Positions 47,155-63,219 of a stretch of 64,000 nucleotides of DNA are shown one piece after another. Source of the stretch: Ascoidea asiatica JCM 7603 (lineage: Eukaryota > Fungi > Ascomycota); NCBI GenBank assembly GCA_001600695.1, contig BCKQ01000006.1, positions 837,472 to 901,471 on the forward strand, in the 5' to 3' direction. Under the pieces are notes generated by a model. The model did not search any database. It was not told where the DNA came from and saw only the letters and a list, made by a program, of their open reading frames with translations. The position numbers and the translations under genes were made by a program. Positions within the stretch are counted from its first letter, which is position 1, and each line of letters begins with the position of its first letter.

Positions 47155-50100
47155 ATGAGTTTTAATTCTCCAAATAATACTTCACTCAATCCAATTTTAC
47201 CTTCTGATAAAGATCAAAATAATAATATTATTTCCAATCAAATTGAAAAAAATGATATTCAATCAGATAAAACTCAATTAAATAATTTAAATTCATCAAA
47301 TTCTTCAAATTTGTCAAATTTATTAAATTTATCTTCCGAGTCAAATAATAATTTAAGTAATAATCTAAACAATAATCAATCAATTGATAATTTACCTAAT
47401 TCATCTTTTAATAAAAATCAAATTTCAAAATCAATTACTACTACAAAAAGAAAAAGAAAATCAAATCCATTAAAACCAAGATTAAGAGTAAATAAAGCTT
47501 GCGATAGATGTAAAAAACAGAAAATTAAATGTGATGGACAACAACCTTGTAATACTTGTTTAAAACATAATCATACTTGTTCCTATTCTGCTCAATCTCA
47601 ATCCCATTCTATAAATCAACCAGTTAATCAACCTATTGGTCAAATTGATTCTAGAAATAAAATTCAAAATAATACTTTTAATCATTCTCAATCTCTAAAT
47701 AATCTATATAACCAAAATCAAAATCAAAATCAAAATATTAATAATATTATCCATAACAATTCTCTTCCAGTAATTCAATCTAATTATCCTCCTTCAAATA
47801 ACAATGTTTCTATGAATAATTCTCCTATAAACAATATCCCTGTAAATAATACTCCTTTAAATCAAATTCAGATTCAAAATCAAAATCAAAATCCACCACT
47901 TAGTCAGTTCAATTATCCTTATAATCCCCATAATCTAGATTCAAATCCTAATCCTAATCCAATTTCAGATCAAAATAATTTAAATAATAACTTGAATAAT
48001 TCGAATAATTCAAATAACAAAAATACTGTAAATCAAAATGAAGGATCAGAAAATTATGTTAAATATCTTGAAAATAAAGTAAGTTTCTTACAAAATATTA
48101 TAAAAAATAATAATATTAATCCTACCAGTAATATTAATTATAATATAGATTATTCTGATAATTTTAATCAAAATAATAATGATTTACAAACCAATTTTCA
48201 AAGTGATTTACAAAAAGATTTAAAAGAAGATAATATTTATCTTTATAGTAAAAATAAATGGAGATTAATGAGAAGATATCATAATATTATTGCAAAAGAT
48301 TTAGGTAATCAATTATATAATTCTTTATCAACTGATTCTCAAAAATTTATTATTGAACCAAGAACTCAATTTTATGCTTGGAATATGAGTGGTTCTCATT
48401 ATTTATCTCAAAGAAAATTACCTCCTTTTAATCCTTTAATTTCGAGTAAAAATTTATCTGATACTTTAATAAATTATTATCTTGATGCAATTAATCCATT
48501 ATTTGTAATTTTACATAAAAATGTATTCTTAGAACAATATAATACTTATATGAATTCAGATTTAAAAAATCAAAATAAAAATACAAGATTATTCACAGCT
48601 ATTTTACATTTAGTTTATGCAATTTCTTTAAGATATTTAGAATTTTCTGAAATTGGTAAATCTCAATATAATATAATTATTGAAAAAAATTTAGAAGAAA
48701 AATTATTTGATTGTTCTTATAATATTTTACAAAAATTATCTTTTGAATGGGAATCTTTTGAATTAATTCAAGCTTGGTTATTAATGACTTTATATTTAAG
48801 AACAACTCATAGACTAACTTCAAGTTATTTTGCTTTAGGTTCTGCAATAAGAATTTGTTTAGGTATGTCTTTAAATTTTTCAAATTTTGAATTAAAAGAA
48901 AATATTAAACCATATGATAAATTAAAAGCAAAAAGAATATTTTGGTGTACATATACTTGGGATAAATTATTTTCTTTTCAATCTGGTAGAAGAAGTTTTA
49001 TTAATGATAATGAAATTAATTTAAAATTTCCTTCAATGGATTTTAATCAAGAAAAAGATTCTTGGTTAACAATTGAAAGTTTAAGTATGATTCATTTAGC
49101 TAGAATTTCAAGTAAATTACAACCTTTTAATTCAAATTCTTTAAATTTAAATCAACTTTATTATATTAAAAACTATTTAAAAGATTGGAATAATTGGATG
49201 ATAAATTCAAATATTACAGATGATTTATTTCAAGTTGAAAATTCAACAATTATAAATAATTTAAATAAATCAACATTAAGTCATTTAAATAAATTATTAA
49301 TTAATTCTCAAATTAGATTACATTATTATGATATTTTATTAGGTTTACATTCAAGAGCTTTAATGCCATTTGTAAATAAAAAAGTTAATACTCAAGGTTT
49401 ATCTTTGGAAGTAATTTTAAATTCATGTGAACAAATTTTAAAAGTTTTTAATATAATTTATAATTATAATAAATTAATTTCAGGAAATTCAGGTAATTCA
49501 TCAAATTCTACAACAAATTTAATTTTAACTCCATGGTATATAAATTTATCATTATTATTTAATATTGGTATAATATCACTATTATTTATAAATAATGGAA
49601 TTTATTTATCGAAAGCAAAAGTTTTTTTAAGATTTTCTATAAATTATATTACAATTTTAAGATCACCAAGATTGGAAGCAGGTTTTGATAATAAAACTAA
49701 TAAAAAATTAAATATAATAAAATATGATGATAAAATTACAATGGCAAAAGAGTGTCTATGGGTTTTAAAAATGATGAATCATATGATGACTTTACAATTC
49801 AAAGAAAATTATGAAACATTACTTAATATTGGAATTGATCATGGATCTCATGAAGTTAATGTTGATAATTTTTTTCAATTTGGGATTAATATTAGAAAAG
49901 ATTCTCTTAATAATACAAATGGTAATTCGGAAGTAGATATTAATAAAAAACAAATTATTGAAAACCCAAATAATACAAATAAGATTGATTTGAAAAATAT
50001 GAGTGAAAGTTTAAGTGAATTTCCAAAAAATGAAATTTTCAATAATCCAATTTCAAATGCAGGAAATTATATGAATTATATTACAAAATCTAGTGATTTA

Positions 50101-50400
50101 AGTGATATAAGTGAAACTTCAAATTCGAGAGATAATATACGAAGGATAAACAGTAATTCAAATTCAAATTCAAATGAAAATTTAAATGCTACTTCAAGTA
50201 ATATGCGAATACTGCAAAATTATAATTCAAATAACAGAGTTTTAGCAAATTCTTCCAGGGGTAATATTAACAATCAACATAATTTTGATTTCAAATCAAT
50301 CGATAATTTAAATAATAGAAGCTCGAGAATAAATATCTTCAATAATGGTGAAAGATCAGGTAATTTTCCATTAAACATTTCAGCTTTATTGAATCCTGGA

Positions 50401-50431
<31 letters not shown>

Positions 50432-50784
50432 ATATTAATAACAATAATGGAAATACTACAGAAAGTAGTCCAGCAAATATTCTTGGTGAAGATACATTAA
50501 ATGAGCTCACAAAACTATATAAAACCAATGAACAATTTTATAGTGGAAATGGTAATGGTATATCAACAGATCCTTCTACTGTTGATAAAAGTAAAAATCC
50601 TACTGGGTTTCTTAGTGGAGCAAGTACAACTATTCAAAATAGTGGAAGTGAAGTTTCAGAAGTTGATAATAATAGAAATTTTGGTATTCTTGACAAAGCA
50701 AGTTATGATGCTAATTTATATGCCAATTTACATTGGTTTGATCAATTTGAGGAAAACTTTTTACAAGACTACAATTCTACTTAA
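47155..50784 (+). CDS. STB4: Zn(II)2Cys6 transcription factor, Stb4-like
   Basis: RLRVNKACDRCKKQKIKCDGQQPCNTC; NKWR..RRY and PRTQFYAWNMSGSHYL motifs; fungal middle-homology region RIFWCTYTWDK. Confidence 0.75.
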
Positions 50785-51821
50785 ATATAAATTTAATGAG
50801 TCAAATTTATGAATCAAAAATCAAAATTGGAAATGATATTTTATGTATTTATAATTCTGGTCTTATCATTAAAGAAAAGACCTAAATGTATATTAATTAA
50901 TCTCAATAGTGAAGTTTCTGGTACAACTTGGATGCATGTTGATTTATTTTTATGTAAGTTTTTAGAGATGAAATTCTTACACTTAAATAACCCTTATTGG
51001 TTTTAAAGCATAAGCTCAAAATCAAAAGGCTAATAACAGCAGTTCCACACTGATCTTTATTCAATGACTTTTCTCTGCTCATACATTTTTATTAACTGGT
51101 ATTAGCTAACACTACTACGACTTTTAGTTATGAGCTGATGAATAATTAACTTTACTGATTTATTCGTCAAATGATGAGTTCCCATTAATAGTATTTGTAG
51201 AAGTTTTGTAACTGAAAAACCATGAATTTTAGAGTAAGTAGATTTCTGGATTAATTTAGCACAGTTAAAGCATAAAGCAATCGTTTGCTACCAGAAGTGT
51301 GGTTGATCACATGCCCGCAACAGGAAACTTTTTGATGACATTACGCCGTAGGACACGATGCCACCTGAATTGGGACAGTTCCACAGCCGCGGTTCTGGCA
51401 ATAAGCAATGTGCAAAGAAACGGACGCGTGCACTATTATTAAGTTTGCTTAAGGTTATTTGGAAATCATAAACGGGTGAAATAATGTTAAAACTCGCCAT
51501 TGATTCAGATAGAGATAATTTTATATTCTTGCTGAATACAATGAAAACTTATTGGAAAATTACTTAAGTGAAATTTTTGATATTGTTTTTTTTTTCTTGA
51601 TTGGAAGTTTTACGAGATACATGCTTTTCAAAAGGTGGAAATTTCTGACAAAAAAAAATTATAGAGGTATCCCTGATTTGCTAAAAAAAGTTGGTTATAA
51701 ATCATTTCTATCCGCTTATACTGAAAGAAAATATCCTAGTTCAAGCTCACTTGTTTTTTCAAAGAGAGCTTATAAAAATATATTCAAAACCAAAAAAAAA
51801 CTAAAATATTTAAAATATTTA

Positions 51822-54569
51822 ATGAATACCTTCAATGATAATAATATGAATAATATTGGAATTAACAGTACTAGTAGCAATTATGATAGTAACTCATTAA
51901 GACAAAATGAAAGACCACCAGCATTACCGAGTAGACCTTTATCAAATGGAAACTTAACTCACTCTCAAACTAGTACCTCTATTGGTTCTAATAGCTCATA
52001 TGTATCAAAAAACTATTCATCAAAGAAACAAAGATTATTAGGTGGAATCATTCCAGCTTTAACTGCAGTTTCAACATTTGCCTCTGATGTGAAAGCAGCT
52101 TATAATAATGACCCTAATACTTCCAATAATTATGATCCTGGATCATTAAGACAAAAAGTAATAAATAAAACAGATTCTTTAACTTCAATTAGAACTAATT
52201 CTAGTTCAAATTCTTTTGATTCTATTCCTCAATATCAACAAGCTCCTTCATCTTCCAAAATTTTATTGTATCCATCTTATACTTCAAAAGTCAATGGTTC
52301 TTATCAAGTTAATGTCAGAGGTTGGTTGTATTTTTCTCCAAGAGAAATGTCAAGAAAAAATAAAATTGTATTTACAGTTGCTAAACAATTGATCAAACCA
52401 GCATCTGCTTCATCTTCAAATAATATAATTGAAAATTCTTTTAAAGAAAGTGCTAATTTAATGGCAACTAATATTATTTCATCTACTACTGGTCATCAAA
52501 TGAATGTTAAATCCATGGGTAATAGTTCAAATTCAAATTCAAAATTACTGAATCCAAATATTACTACAAATTCTAATAAAAATTCCAATATAAATATTAC
52601 CAATAATAGCAATGATAACAATAGTAATTTAATTGATTTAGATTATGAAGATAATTCTTCTTCTACTTCGAGCTCTAACTCAAATTCAAATTCAAATCTC
52701 AGTTCAAGTAATTCATCTAATAGAAGAAAGTTATCCCCTGAAGAAACTTTAAAAGATAGATTAGAATATTTTATGGCAAAGTCTCTATCAAATATTCCAA
52801 TAACAATTAAAATTGGATCTGAAAAAAATTTACCTCATAATCAAATCATAACAAAAGATATAATAACTGATGTCAATGGAAAATTTGATATAATAATTCA
52901 ATGTCCATATACACCCTCTGTAATACAAGCTTATGCATCAACAAATGAAGAAGTATTTCAATTTCAAATTCCTCTATTTATTAATCAAAAGGGTGTAAGT
53001 ATAATAACGGATATTGATGATACAATAAAAGTTACTGGTGTAGTTGGTGATAAAAGAGATTTATTCAATAGTGTATTCATTAATGATATTTCAACTTGGG
53101 TTATAAATGGAATTTCGGATCTTTTCAATGAAATTTCTAATCAAAATCCTTCTTCTGATATTAAATTCCATTATGTTTCTAATTCACCTTGGCAATTATA
53201 TAAAACATTACAACAATTTTTTGAAATAACTAATTTACCTAAAGGTTCTATACATTTAAAACAATATTCTGGAAATTATTTAAATTCTTTCATGGAATCT
53301 GCTGTTGAAAGGAAAAGACCAAATTTATTCAAAATTTTAGAAAAATTTCCAGAAAGAAAATTTTTATTGATTGGAGATTCTGGAGAACAAGATTTAGAAG
53401 CATATGTTAATATTGCTGCTCACTTCCAGACTCAAGTTAAAGGTATTTTTATAAGAATTGTTCCCAATTCTTTTAGTGATTATGGTTATGATAATAAAAT
53501 TTATCACGAAATAAAAAAAATTCTTATTAGAAGAGATGATAGAATTCAGTTGAAAAAACTAAACAAAAGCTTTACTAATGTTATAGGCTCTAATTTTCCA
53601 AAAAGGTCATCTATCAATAAGACAACAGGTGAATCAATGCCTAGCTCTATAAATAGAAAATTTAATTCTGAAAGTAATGAGTTTGATAGTGATTCTTCAG
53701 CAACAACGTCTGAAGATGAGATGGAAAAAGATGATTATGACTGGAATATATTATCTCATAAACCTTTAGCTTCAAAGAATAAACCCCCTGTAAACAATGG
53801 AGCTGTAATAAAGCAATCAGGGGTACAAAAATCAGATCAAGGGTTAATTGAACTAAATAATACCTCACTTGGAAAAAATTCAAATAGTGAACAACCAAAA
53901 TTAAAAAAGAAGCTTCCTCCAATTGTTCCTAAGAAACCAGAAAGATTGAAAAGAAAGCCACCAATAACGTCACCAGGTTCTGAACTAAAAACTACCGAAG
54001 AATTGCAAAATTTAATTATACAGCCAGATAATGATAGTTTATATCAATCAGACAAAATTAACGATGTTGAGATGAATTTTTCTGAAAATAACTATTTCAA
54101 AGTAAATGGTTTAACTAGAAGAAAAACTGACACTGCTTTTGAAAATTCTATTCAATCTGAGGTTGCTTCAACTCCCTCTCTTTATAATTATGGGGAGAGA
54201 AAAGCAAGAAGGCCACCAGCTCCACCACCACCTCCCCCACGGCGTACTGCAACAGTTTCTGCAATTTCAAATGCAAACATTGTTATGAACAAATCAAATT
54301 TTTATAACAATAGAACAATGAGTGAAAGTAATTTTACTCAAAATATTGCAAATAATAGAAGGAATAGCACTACCAATGGAATGACTAATTCTACTAGTGG
54401 AACAATTAATAATAATCAAATTGAAGATAAAAAAGGGGAGCTATGGTTAAGCAGATTAAATTCAGCTGTTAATACATTGCCGGATAATGTTGTTCTTTAC
54501 TTCTGGCATAATCGAAATGATCTACAAGAGAAAATATATTCTGTACTTCATGAAGAGGATATAGATTAA
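51822..54569 (+). CDS. APP1: Actin-patch phosphatidate phosphatase App1
   Basis: SIITDIDDTIK catalytic DxDxT, YVSNSPWQLY, LIGDSGEQDLEAY, Pro-rich SH3 ligands; likely ATG at 51822. Confidence 0.9.
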   Translation: MNTFNDNNMNNIGINSTSSNYDSNSLRQNERPPALPSRPLSNGNLTHSQTSTSIGSNSSYVSKNYSSKKQRLLGGIIPALTAVSTFASDVKAAYNNDPNTSNNYDPGSLRQKVINKTDSLTSIRTNSSSNSFDSIPQYQQAPSSSKILLYPSYTSKVNGSYQVNVRGWLYFSPREMSRKNKIVFTVAKQLIKPASASSSNNIIENSFKESANLMATNIISSTTGHQMNVKSMGNSSNSNSKLLNPNITTNSNKNSNINITNNSNDNNSNLIDLDYEDNSSSTSSSNSNSNSNLSSSNSSNRRKLSPEETLKDRLEYFMAKSLSNIPITIKIGSEKNLPHNQIITKDIITDVNGKFDIIIQCPYTPSVIQAYASTNEEVFQFQIPLFINQKGVSIITDIDDTIKVTGVVGDKRDLFNSVFINDISTWVINGISDLFNEISNQNPSSDIKFHYVSNSPWQLYKTLQQFFEITNLPKGSIHLKQYSGNYLNSFMESAVERKRPNLFKILEKFPERKFLLIGDSGEQDLEAYVNIAAHFQTQVKGIFIRIVPNSFSDYGYDNKIYHEIKKILIRRDDRIQLKKLNKSFTNVIGSNFPKRSSINKTTGESMPSSINRKFNSESNEFDSDSSATTSEDEMEKDDYDWNILSHKPLASKNKPPVNNGAVIKQSGVQKSDQGLIELNNTSLGKNSNSEQPKLKKKLPPIVPKKPERLKRKPPITSPGSELKTTEELQNLIIQPDNDSLYQSDKINDVEMNFSENNYFKVNGLTRRKTDTAFENSIQSEVASTPSLYNYGERKARRPPAPPPPPPRRTATVSAISNANIVMNKSNFYNNRTMSESNFTQNIANNRRNSTTNGMTNSTSGTINNNQIEDKKGELWLSRLNSAVNTLPDNVVLYFWHNRNDLQEKIYSVLHEEDID

Positions 54570-54706
54570 ATTATAAAAATTAAATGAACAATGAACTTGA
54601 ATTTATAAAAAATGCTTTAGATAATTTTAATACTTGTATTTTCCTTCCTATATTTTGATTTAAATTAATATTCTTTCTGAAAAAAATATTGTATGTAAGT
54701 AACTTT

Positions 54707-56150
54707 TTAACCTGTAGAAATCAAAGATGACTTAGGATCATTGCTTTTACTATCCTGCAATATTTCATCTGCTATATTTTCACTTATTGTATCTTTGATA
54801 ATAGAGCTATCTAACTTGTTTTGATTAATTTCAAGGTTATCGCCTTCTTTTATAGATTTTTTTAAAGCCTCTTCTTTTTCTCTAGTAAGATTTTCCCACT
54901 CTTCTAAAGTGAAATCTGCATTTCCATAATCTCTAATATTCTCTTCCTCCTCAGCTTTCCTTAATTCTTTTTGGAATTCTGAAAGATCCCAAGTAGTTCC
55001 ATGCTCAGCGTCCTCTTCGACATCATCAATTTCATCAGCTTTTTCATTTGATTCTTTTGTATTATCTATGGAGATTGCTTTTCCATCAGAGTCATACTTA
55101 TCTGCAAATTTGACTAATATAATTTCCTTTCCGGATAATATTTTTTTCCCCTGGTTATTGACTTTCTTTTTTTCATTAAGTATCTTCAATTTATGATCCA
55201 TTTTCCATTTTGTAAAAGTGTCTTTGTTTATTGGAGTTAATTTTGATTTATCAGGTAATTTACTTCTTTCTGTTTCTATAAATTCTTCAAGAGTAATTTC
55301 TACTTGAGATTCTTTAGCTAATCTTTCTAATCTTCTTTGTTCTTTAGTTTTGATAACATAACCTTCTGGTAAAGAATGTTTATACTTACAATCAACTCCA
55401 TTAGGACAACTCCAAAACCATCCATATTTACTCATTTCAACAGCTTCTATGAAAAATTTACAAACTTTATCTGTTGTGGTTTTAGGATTTCCAAGTTTTG
55501 ATTTGATAACTGATCTTAATTTATCTTCATCCCAATCATCCATTAAATCTTTTTCTTTTGCTTCTCGATCAACATCTCTTGAATCTGTATATAAATCAAT
55601 TTTAGCGGATTTTCTTGCTATATTCAAATCATGAGAAAATTTACATTTAGAGCCTTTTGTACATTGCCCTTCTTTGAAAAAAGCACAAAGAATAGACTTT
55701 GGATCAGTTCCAAAAGGAACCCTCTGTTGAACTATCGGATTAAATAACGCAGCATTTTGTTGTCTTGCTATTTCAGCAGCTTTTTTCTCTTCAGCTTTTT
55801 TGTTCGCTAATGCTTCTCTACGTTTTCTTGCACTATCTGTATCTTGTTGCTCGAGTTGTTTAACGTATCTTTGAACTTTTGCAGATTTATTTTTCTATCA
55901 TATGATTTAAAAATATATATTAGTAAGTGAATGATTAATTATTTAAAAGTAATTGCATCTCTCTGAACTAATTTTTCGATTGAGAAGAATAGGCAGATAA
56001 CAATGATTAAAGATATAAAAAAAATTATACAGTATAATTGATATATGAACATACGTTTTTTAAACCGAAAGTTTTATCGGCAACATCTTTGGATTTTTTA
56101 GAACCCTTGGCTTTTTCCTGAGCTTTTAGTTTATTTTTTTTTGGAGGCAT
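54707..56150 (-). CDS. TMA46: CCCH zinc-finger DRG-binding protein Tma46; exons 56150-56055, 55894-54707; 427 aa
   Basis: GTATGT/TACTAAT/TAG intron; DKTFGLKN|KNKSAKVQRY; two CCCH fingers; KYGWFW.CPNG. Confidence 0.93.
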
Positions 56151-56405
56151 TATGCAAATCTGTTCAATAAGAAAAAAGGAGTATTTTTTTTGCTATCACT
56201 TGAATCAGGAGACTGAAAATTATGAAATATTAAAACTTGATAAATTTTGATTTACTCTTTGCCAATTTCCAAAATTCAGTCTCTACCGTTAGCGATGGAA
56301 AAAAAAAAACCTAAAATATAAAGCCCTGCAATACAAAAGCCCTAGATCCTAGAAAAGTAAACATATTGGGGCTGTATTATACAAGGGAATTAAAAATGTA
56401 AAAAA

Positions 56406-56477
56406 AGCGTCGTGGCGCAGTGGAAGCGCACAGGGCTCATAACCCTGGGGTCGTTGGATCGAAACCAACCGACGCTA
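56406..56477 (+). tRNA. IMT: Initiator tRNA-Met (CAT)
   Basis: AGCGTCG/CGACGCT acceptor stem with A1-U72, CAGGG-CTCATAA-CCCTG anticodon arm, GGATCGAAACC T-loop (A54), downstream T-run terminator. Confidence 0.97.
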
Positions 56478-56718
56478 TAATTGTTTTTTTTTTCGATTTT
56501 TCTTTCAATTAATTTTGTTGATAATGGTGATTTTATTATTTTTGATTTTCACTCTTTGTTTTAACATTTTAACAAATGTTTTAACGTTTTAACAAAAAAT
56601 CAGCCATTGAAATTTATATCGAAATTCATCAAAAGAAAATCATTCATCATTTTAACAGCTAAGTATCTTGAAGTGATATATTATTTTCAATTATCACATC
56701 ATATTACATTCAGTAAAG

Positions 56719-57194
56719 ATGTCCTCCTCAAGTAAAAATACCAAGCAAAAGCCTACACAAGAGCAATTACAAGCCCAATATAATAATTATCAAGATACTC
56801 TAAGGTCTATGAATGAAAAAATATCAGAGTTAAAAAATGATCATGATGAGCACAAAATAGTCATAAGTACTTTGAAGAAGGTACCTGGTGACAGAAAATG
56901 TTTTAGAATGATAGGTGGTGTTATTGTGGAGAAAACTGCAAAAGATGTAATTCCAGTATTAGAATCTAAAATTGAAAGTTTAGTTAAAGCCTTAGATGTT
57001 TTATCAAAAGAATTAATGTCAAGTCATAAAGAGTTTGAAAAATGGAAAGTACGTATATGTTTCTGAATCAATTACTATGATAATACCACGGTTTTAAAGC
57101 TATATGCTCCTCGATAAAAAAACTAATGAAATACTAACAATATTTATCACTACAGAATGAAACTGGAATTAAAATAGTTAAAACTGGTCAATGA
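56719..57194 (+). CDS. GIM4: Prefoldin subunit 2; exons 56719-57048, 57156-57194; 122 aa
   Basis: RKCFRMIGGVIVEKT; GTACGT donor 57049, TACTAAC 57132 and CAG 57155 restore the C-terminal EKWK|NETGIKIVKTGQ. Confidence 0.92.
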
Positions 57195-57437
57195 GCTGTT
57201 TTTTTTTCAAAATGTTCACAAAAAGTTTATAAACCCGATAACTCTTTCATTTTTATTATTTGAATATTTAACTAGTTATGAATATGAATAAAATAGGCAT
57301 CAACTCTCAGAATTCAATGAGAAATGTTTATTATTCTATGAAAACAAACGTCTTATTATAGACATAAATATATATTCATTCTAGTGATTTCTTTTAATTC
57401 GATGAAAATTATAGTAAAATAAAGATAATTACAATGT

Positions 57438-58322
57438 CTAAACACGACAATTAGAAATTTCAAATAGTAAAATATCACTTGCTCCAGCACTTTTTAATCC
57501 ATCCATAATTATACCAGCTTTATCTTTTTCAATCATTGAAGAAACTGCAACCCAATCTGCACCTTCTAAAGGTGATATGGTTGCAGCCCTTCTACCTGGA
57601 GTTAGTTTTAATACTGTTGGTAAAATTTCTCTTGGTGCATTATAATTACATAAAACATATTTTTGAGCAGCCAATACACCTTCAAGTCTACTCTTTATCA
57701 CTTCCACTAATTCTGGATGTGAAGGGTTTTTCGATGTAATTAAATGAGCTGAAGTACTTAATAAAGTATCGATATCTATTAATCCGGCTGCTTTCATTGT
57801 TTCTCCACTTTCAACCAAATCAACAATAGCATCTGCTACTCCTAATGCACAAGATGCTTCGACTGATCCTCCAACAAATTTAATTTTTGTAGTGATATCT
57901 TTAGTACCTTCTAATTCTTCGAAATATTCTCTTGTTAAATGTGTAAATGAGGAAACTATAGTTTTACCAATAAAATCTCTTGGATCTTTTGAACTACCAT
58001 TTTCAGGAGCTTGTAATTGTAATTTACATTTACCAAAAAGTAAATCCATTGTTAAATCAACATCAACTTCACTTTCTTTGACTTGATCTACACCAGTTAT
58101 ACCAATAGAACATCTACCTTCTCCAACAAAAGTTGGAATATCTGCAGCTGGTAAGAAAATCAAAGCAATAGGTAAATTTGTACATAAAGCAATATCTAAT
58201 CTTGTACTTCTATTGAATTTAATATCTGCACCTCTCAATAATGCAACACATTTTTCATATAATCTTCCTTTTTTTGGAACCGCAAATAATAATCGGTCAG
58301 TTAAGTGATTTACTAAATCCAT
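57438..58322 (-). CDS. HIS1: ATP phosphoribosyltransferase
   Basis: MDLVNHLTDRLLFAVPKKGRL, GSVEASCALGVADAIVDLVESGETM, C-terminal ISNCRV. Confidence 0.98.
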   Translation of the reverse strand: MDLVNHLTDRLLFAVPKKGRLYEKCVALLRGADIKFNRSTRLDIALCTNLPIALIFLPAADIPTFVGEGRCSIGITGVDQVKESEVDVDLTMDLLFGKCKLQLQAPENGSSKDPRDFIGKTIVSSFTHLTREYFEELEGTKDITTKIKFVGGSVEASCALGVADAIVDLVESGETMKAAGLIDIDTLLSTSAHLITSKNPSHPELVEVIKSRLEGVLAAQKYVLCNYNAPREILPTVLKLTPGRRAATISPLEGADWVAVSSMIEKDKAGIIMDGLKSAGASDILLFEISNCRV

Positions 58323-58978
58323 TTTTTTAGTGAGTAGTAATTTTAATACCAAAGAAAACTTGAAATTAGGTTAAATTATATTAAATAACACTAGATTAGA
58401 ATTTAATATGATTTTTAATCGAAAATGTAGATTATTTAGGTAAAAAGAAGATACTTTAAGATATAATCTCCTTAAATATCAAGTAACTGCGGTTCCAGAG
58501 TCCTAAATGTGTGAATATATTTTTCGAAATTATTACTCACCTTCAGATTTCATTGGTTTTTCTTTCACGTTTGAAATTTCGTTTTAGTTTTCGTGTGAAT
58601 TTTCCACTTTTTTCGAAAAACACCCCAAAACGTTTCAGCCGCGGAAATTCCACGGAATATCGTAGGTGAATCAAAGAAACCCTTTTTGGAGAACAGATTT
58701 CTTATCGAATGAGGATTTGAAAAATATTAGGGACTGATAATTAAATATTCAGAATATCACTGAAGAAATTTCTTTCGAAAAATACAAAAAAGAAAACCAA
58801 TAAAGCTAAAAAAAAGTATCGATTGTTGGCTATTTTATTTATCGATTAAAAATATATGCCAATGTAGAAAAAAATAAGTCTATAAATTATAATAATAAAG
58901 ATACAAATAGGGTAAAATTGAAGTTGAAATGGAAAAAAAATTTACCATTTATTGATATTTGGTTTCCCTATTGCCAAT

Positions 58979-61774
<2,796 letters not shown>

Positions 61775-61994
61775 TTATATGTATATAACTCTTAATTAAC
61801 TGAATATTTAATATTTTTGAAATAATCTAGATATCTTTATATTGTGTAAAATAAAATATTTAAAAGAATTTTATATTTTAATTATGGATTTATTAATCAA
61901 TATAAAAATTATTGATTGAAATTAAAATTGAATGAAAGTTAAGATAAAATACAAATTAAAATGTATTTGAATTTGAAATTGAAAAGCTTTAAAA

Positions 61995-62061
61995 ACGCGT
62001 ATTTTTTAATTTAATTTTTCAAAGAAAAGAATTATGGTGTAGGATTATCAAGAGGACGCGT
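61995..62061. promoter_or_regulatory. Two MCB elements (ACGCGT) upstream of MCM6
   Basis: ACGCGT at 61995-62000 and 62056-62061 in AT-rich DNA 240-300 bp upstream of a replication gene. Confidence 0.7.
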
Positions 62062-62295
62062 CAGTAAAAAAAGGAAAAAAAAAAACAATTCGGGATCTTT
62101 GAAAAAGTGCTTTATTTTAAGTATGGTTTTAACCCGCGAATTGTGATATTTTTTGAAGTTTGAATGTAGTAAGCCTAAACTTAGTAAACTCAATAAACTT
62201 AGTGATGAAAGTAAAAAATAATAAAATCATAAAATTGTTTCAAGTTGGTTTCTTGAACTTTTTCAGGAATATATTTGTGGAATATGTATATAAAA

Positions 62296-63219
62296 TTATA
62301 AATCAGAAACGTTTGCGGTTGTAGATACATCAGGATAAACATCAAATCTTCTTTGAAAAGTTACTGGAATTCCATTTCTTACTTTAGGAATTATTTCAGG
62401 ATCTAATTCAGCAAATAAAATTTCTTCACCTTCTCCAGCTTCTGCAATTACTTTTCCATAAGGATCAACAACTAGTGAATGACCATAAGCATGATAAGAA
62501 AAAGATAAATCTCTTGCAGGTGAACATAAAACAACAAAAACTTGATTATCATTTGCTCTTGATCTTGCTAATAAATGCCAATGTAAAGGACCAGTTGTTG
62601 TATTAAAAGCACCTGGATAAAACATTGCAAAAGAATCTTTTCTTGAAGCAATTTGAGCTAATTCAGGAAATCTAATATCATAACAAATACCTAAACCAAT
62701 TTTACCAAATTCATTTAAATTATAAACTGAAGCTTTAGAACCTGAACTTAATGAATCACTTTCTTTAAAAGTTATTCCATTTTTGATATCAACATCAAAT
62801 AAATGAACTTTTCTATGTTTACCAATGATTTCACCTTGTCTATTAAAAGTTAAAGAAGTATTATAAATTTTATCATTTGAAGGATCTAATTCTGGTATTG
62901 AGCCACCAATTAAATAAATTTTTTTTTCTTTAGCTATATCACTTAAAAATTTAACAGTTTTTGAAGTCATTGAATTATCAATAATTTCACTATATAAACG
63001 AAATTTATCAACAGCATATGGTGAATTGAAACATTCTGGTAACATAATTAAATCAGTATCAGGTTTTTCATTTAAAGCTTTATTAACATATTCTTTAACT
63101 TTTTTTAAATTTGCTTCTTTATCTGGTCCCGCAGATAATTGCAATAAAGCAATTTTCATTGGCTTCAATAAAGGAGAAACTGTAGAAGTAACTGTATGTT
63201 TAAAACAACTGGAAGACAT
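62296..63219 (-). CDS. NIT3: Omega-amidase, nitrilase family
   Basis: LPECFNSPY, HRKVHLFDVDI, GICYDIRFPEL, PGAFNTTTGPLHW; ATG at 63219 (alternative 63159). Confidence 0.92.
   Translation of the reverse strand: MSSSCFKHTVTSTVSPLLKPMKIALLQLSAGPDKEANLKKVKEYVNKALNEKPDTDLIMLPECFNSPYAVDKFRLYSEIIDNSMTSKTVKFLSDIAKEKKIYLIGGSIPELDPSNDKIYNTSLTFNRQGEIIGKHRKVHLFDVDIKNGITFKESDSLSSGSKASVYNLNEFGKIGLGICYDIRFPELAQIASRKDSFAMFYPGAFNTTTGPLHWHLLARSRANDNQVFVVLCSPARDLSFSYHAYGHSLVVDPYGKVIAEAGEGEEILFAELDPEIIPKVRNGIPVTFQRRFDVYPDVSTTANVSDL

Noticed and set aside
51060-51250. Box C/D snoRNA (ATGATGA and CTGA motifs)
   Set aside because: No terminal box D or stem and no convincing rRNA-complementary guide; would need snoscan/Infernal
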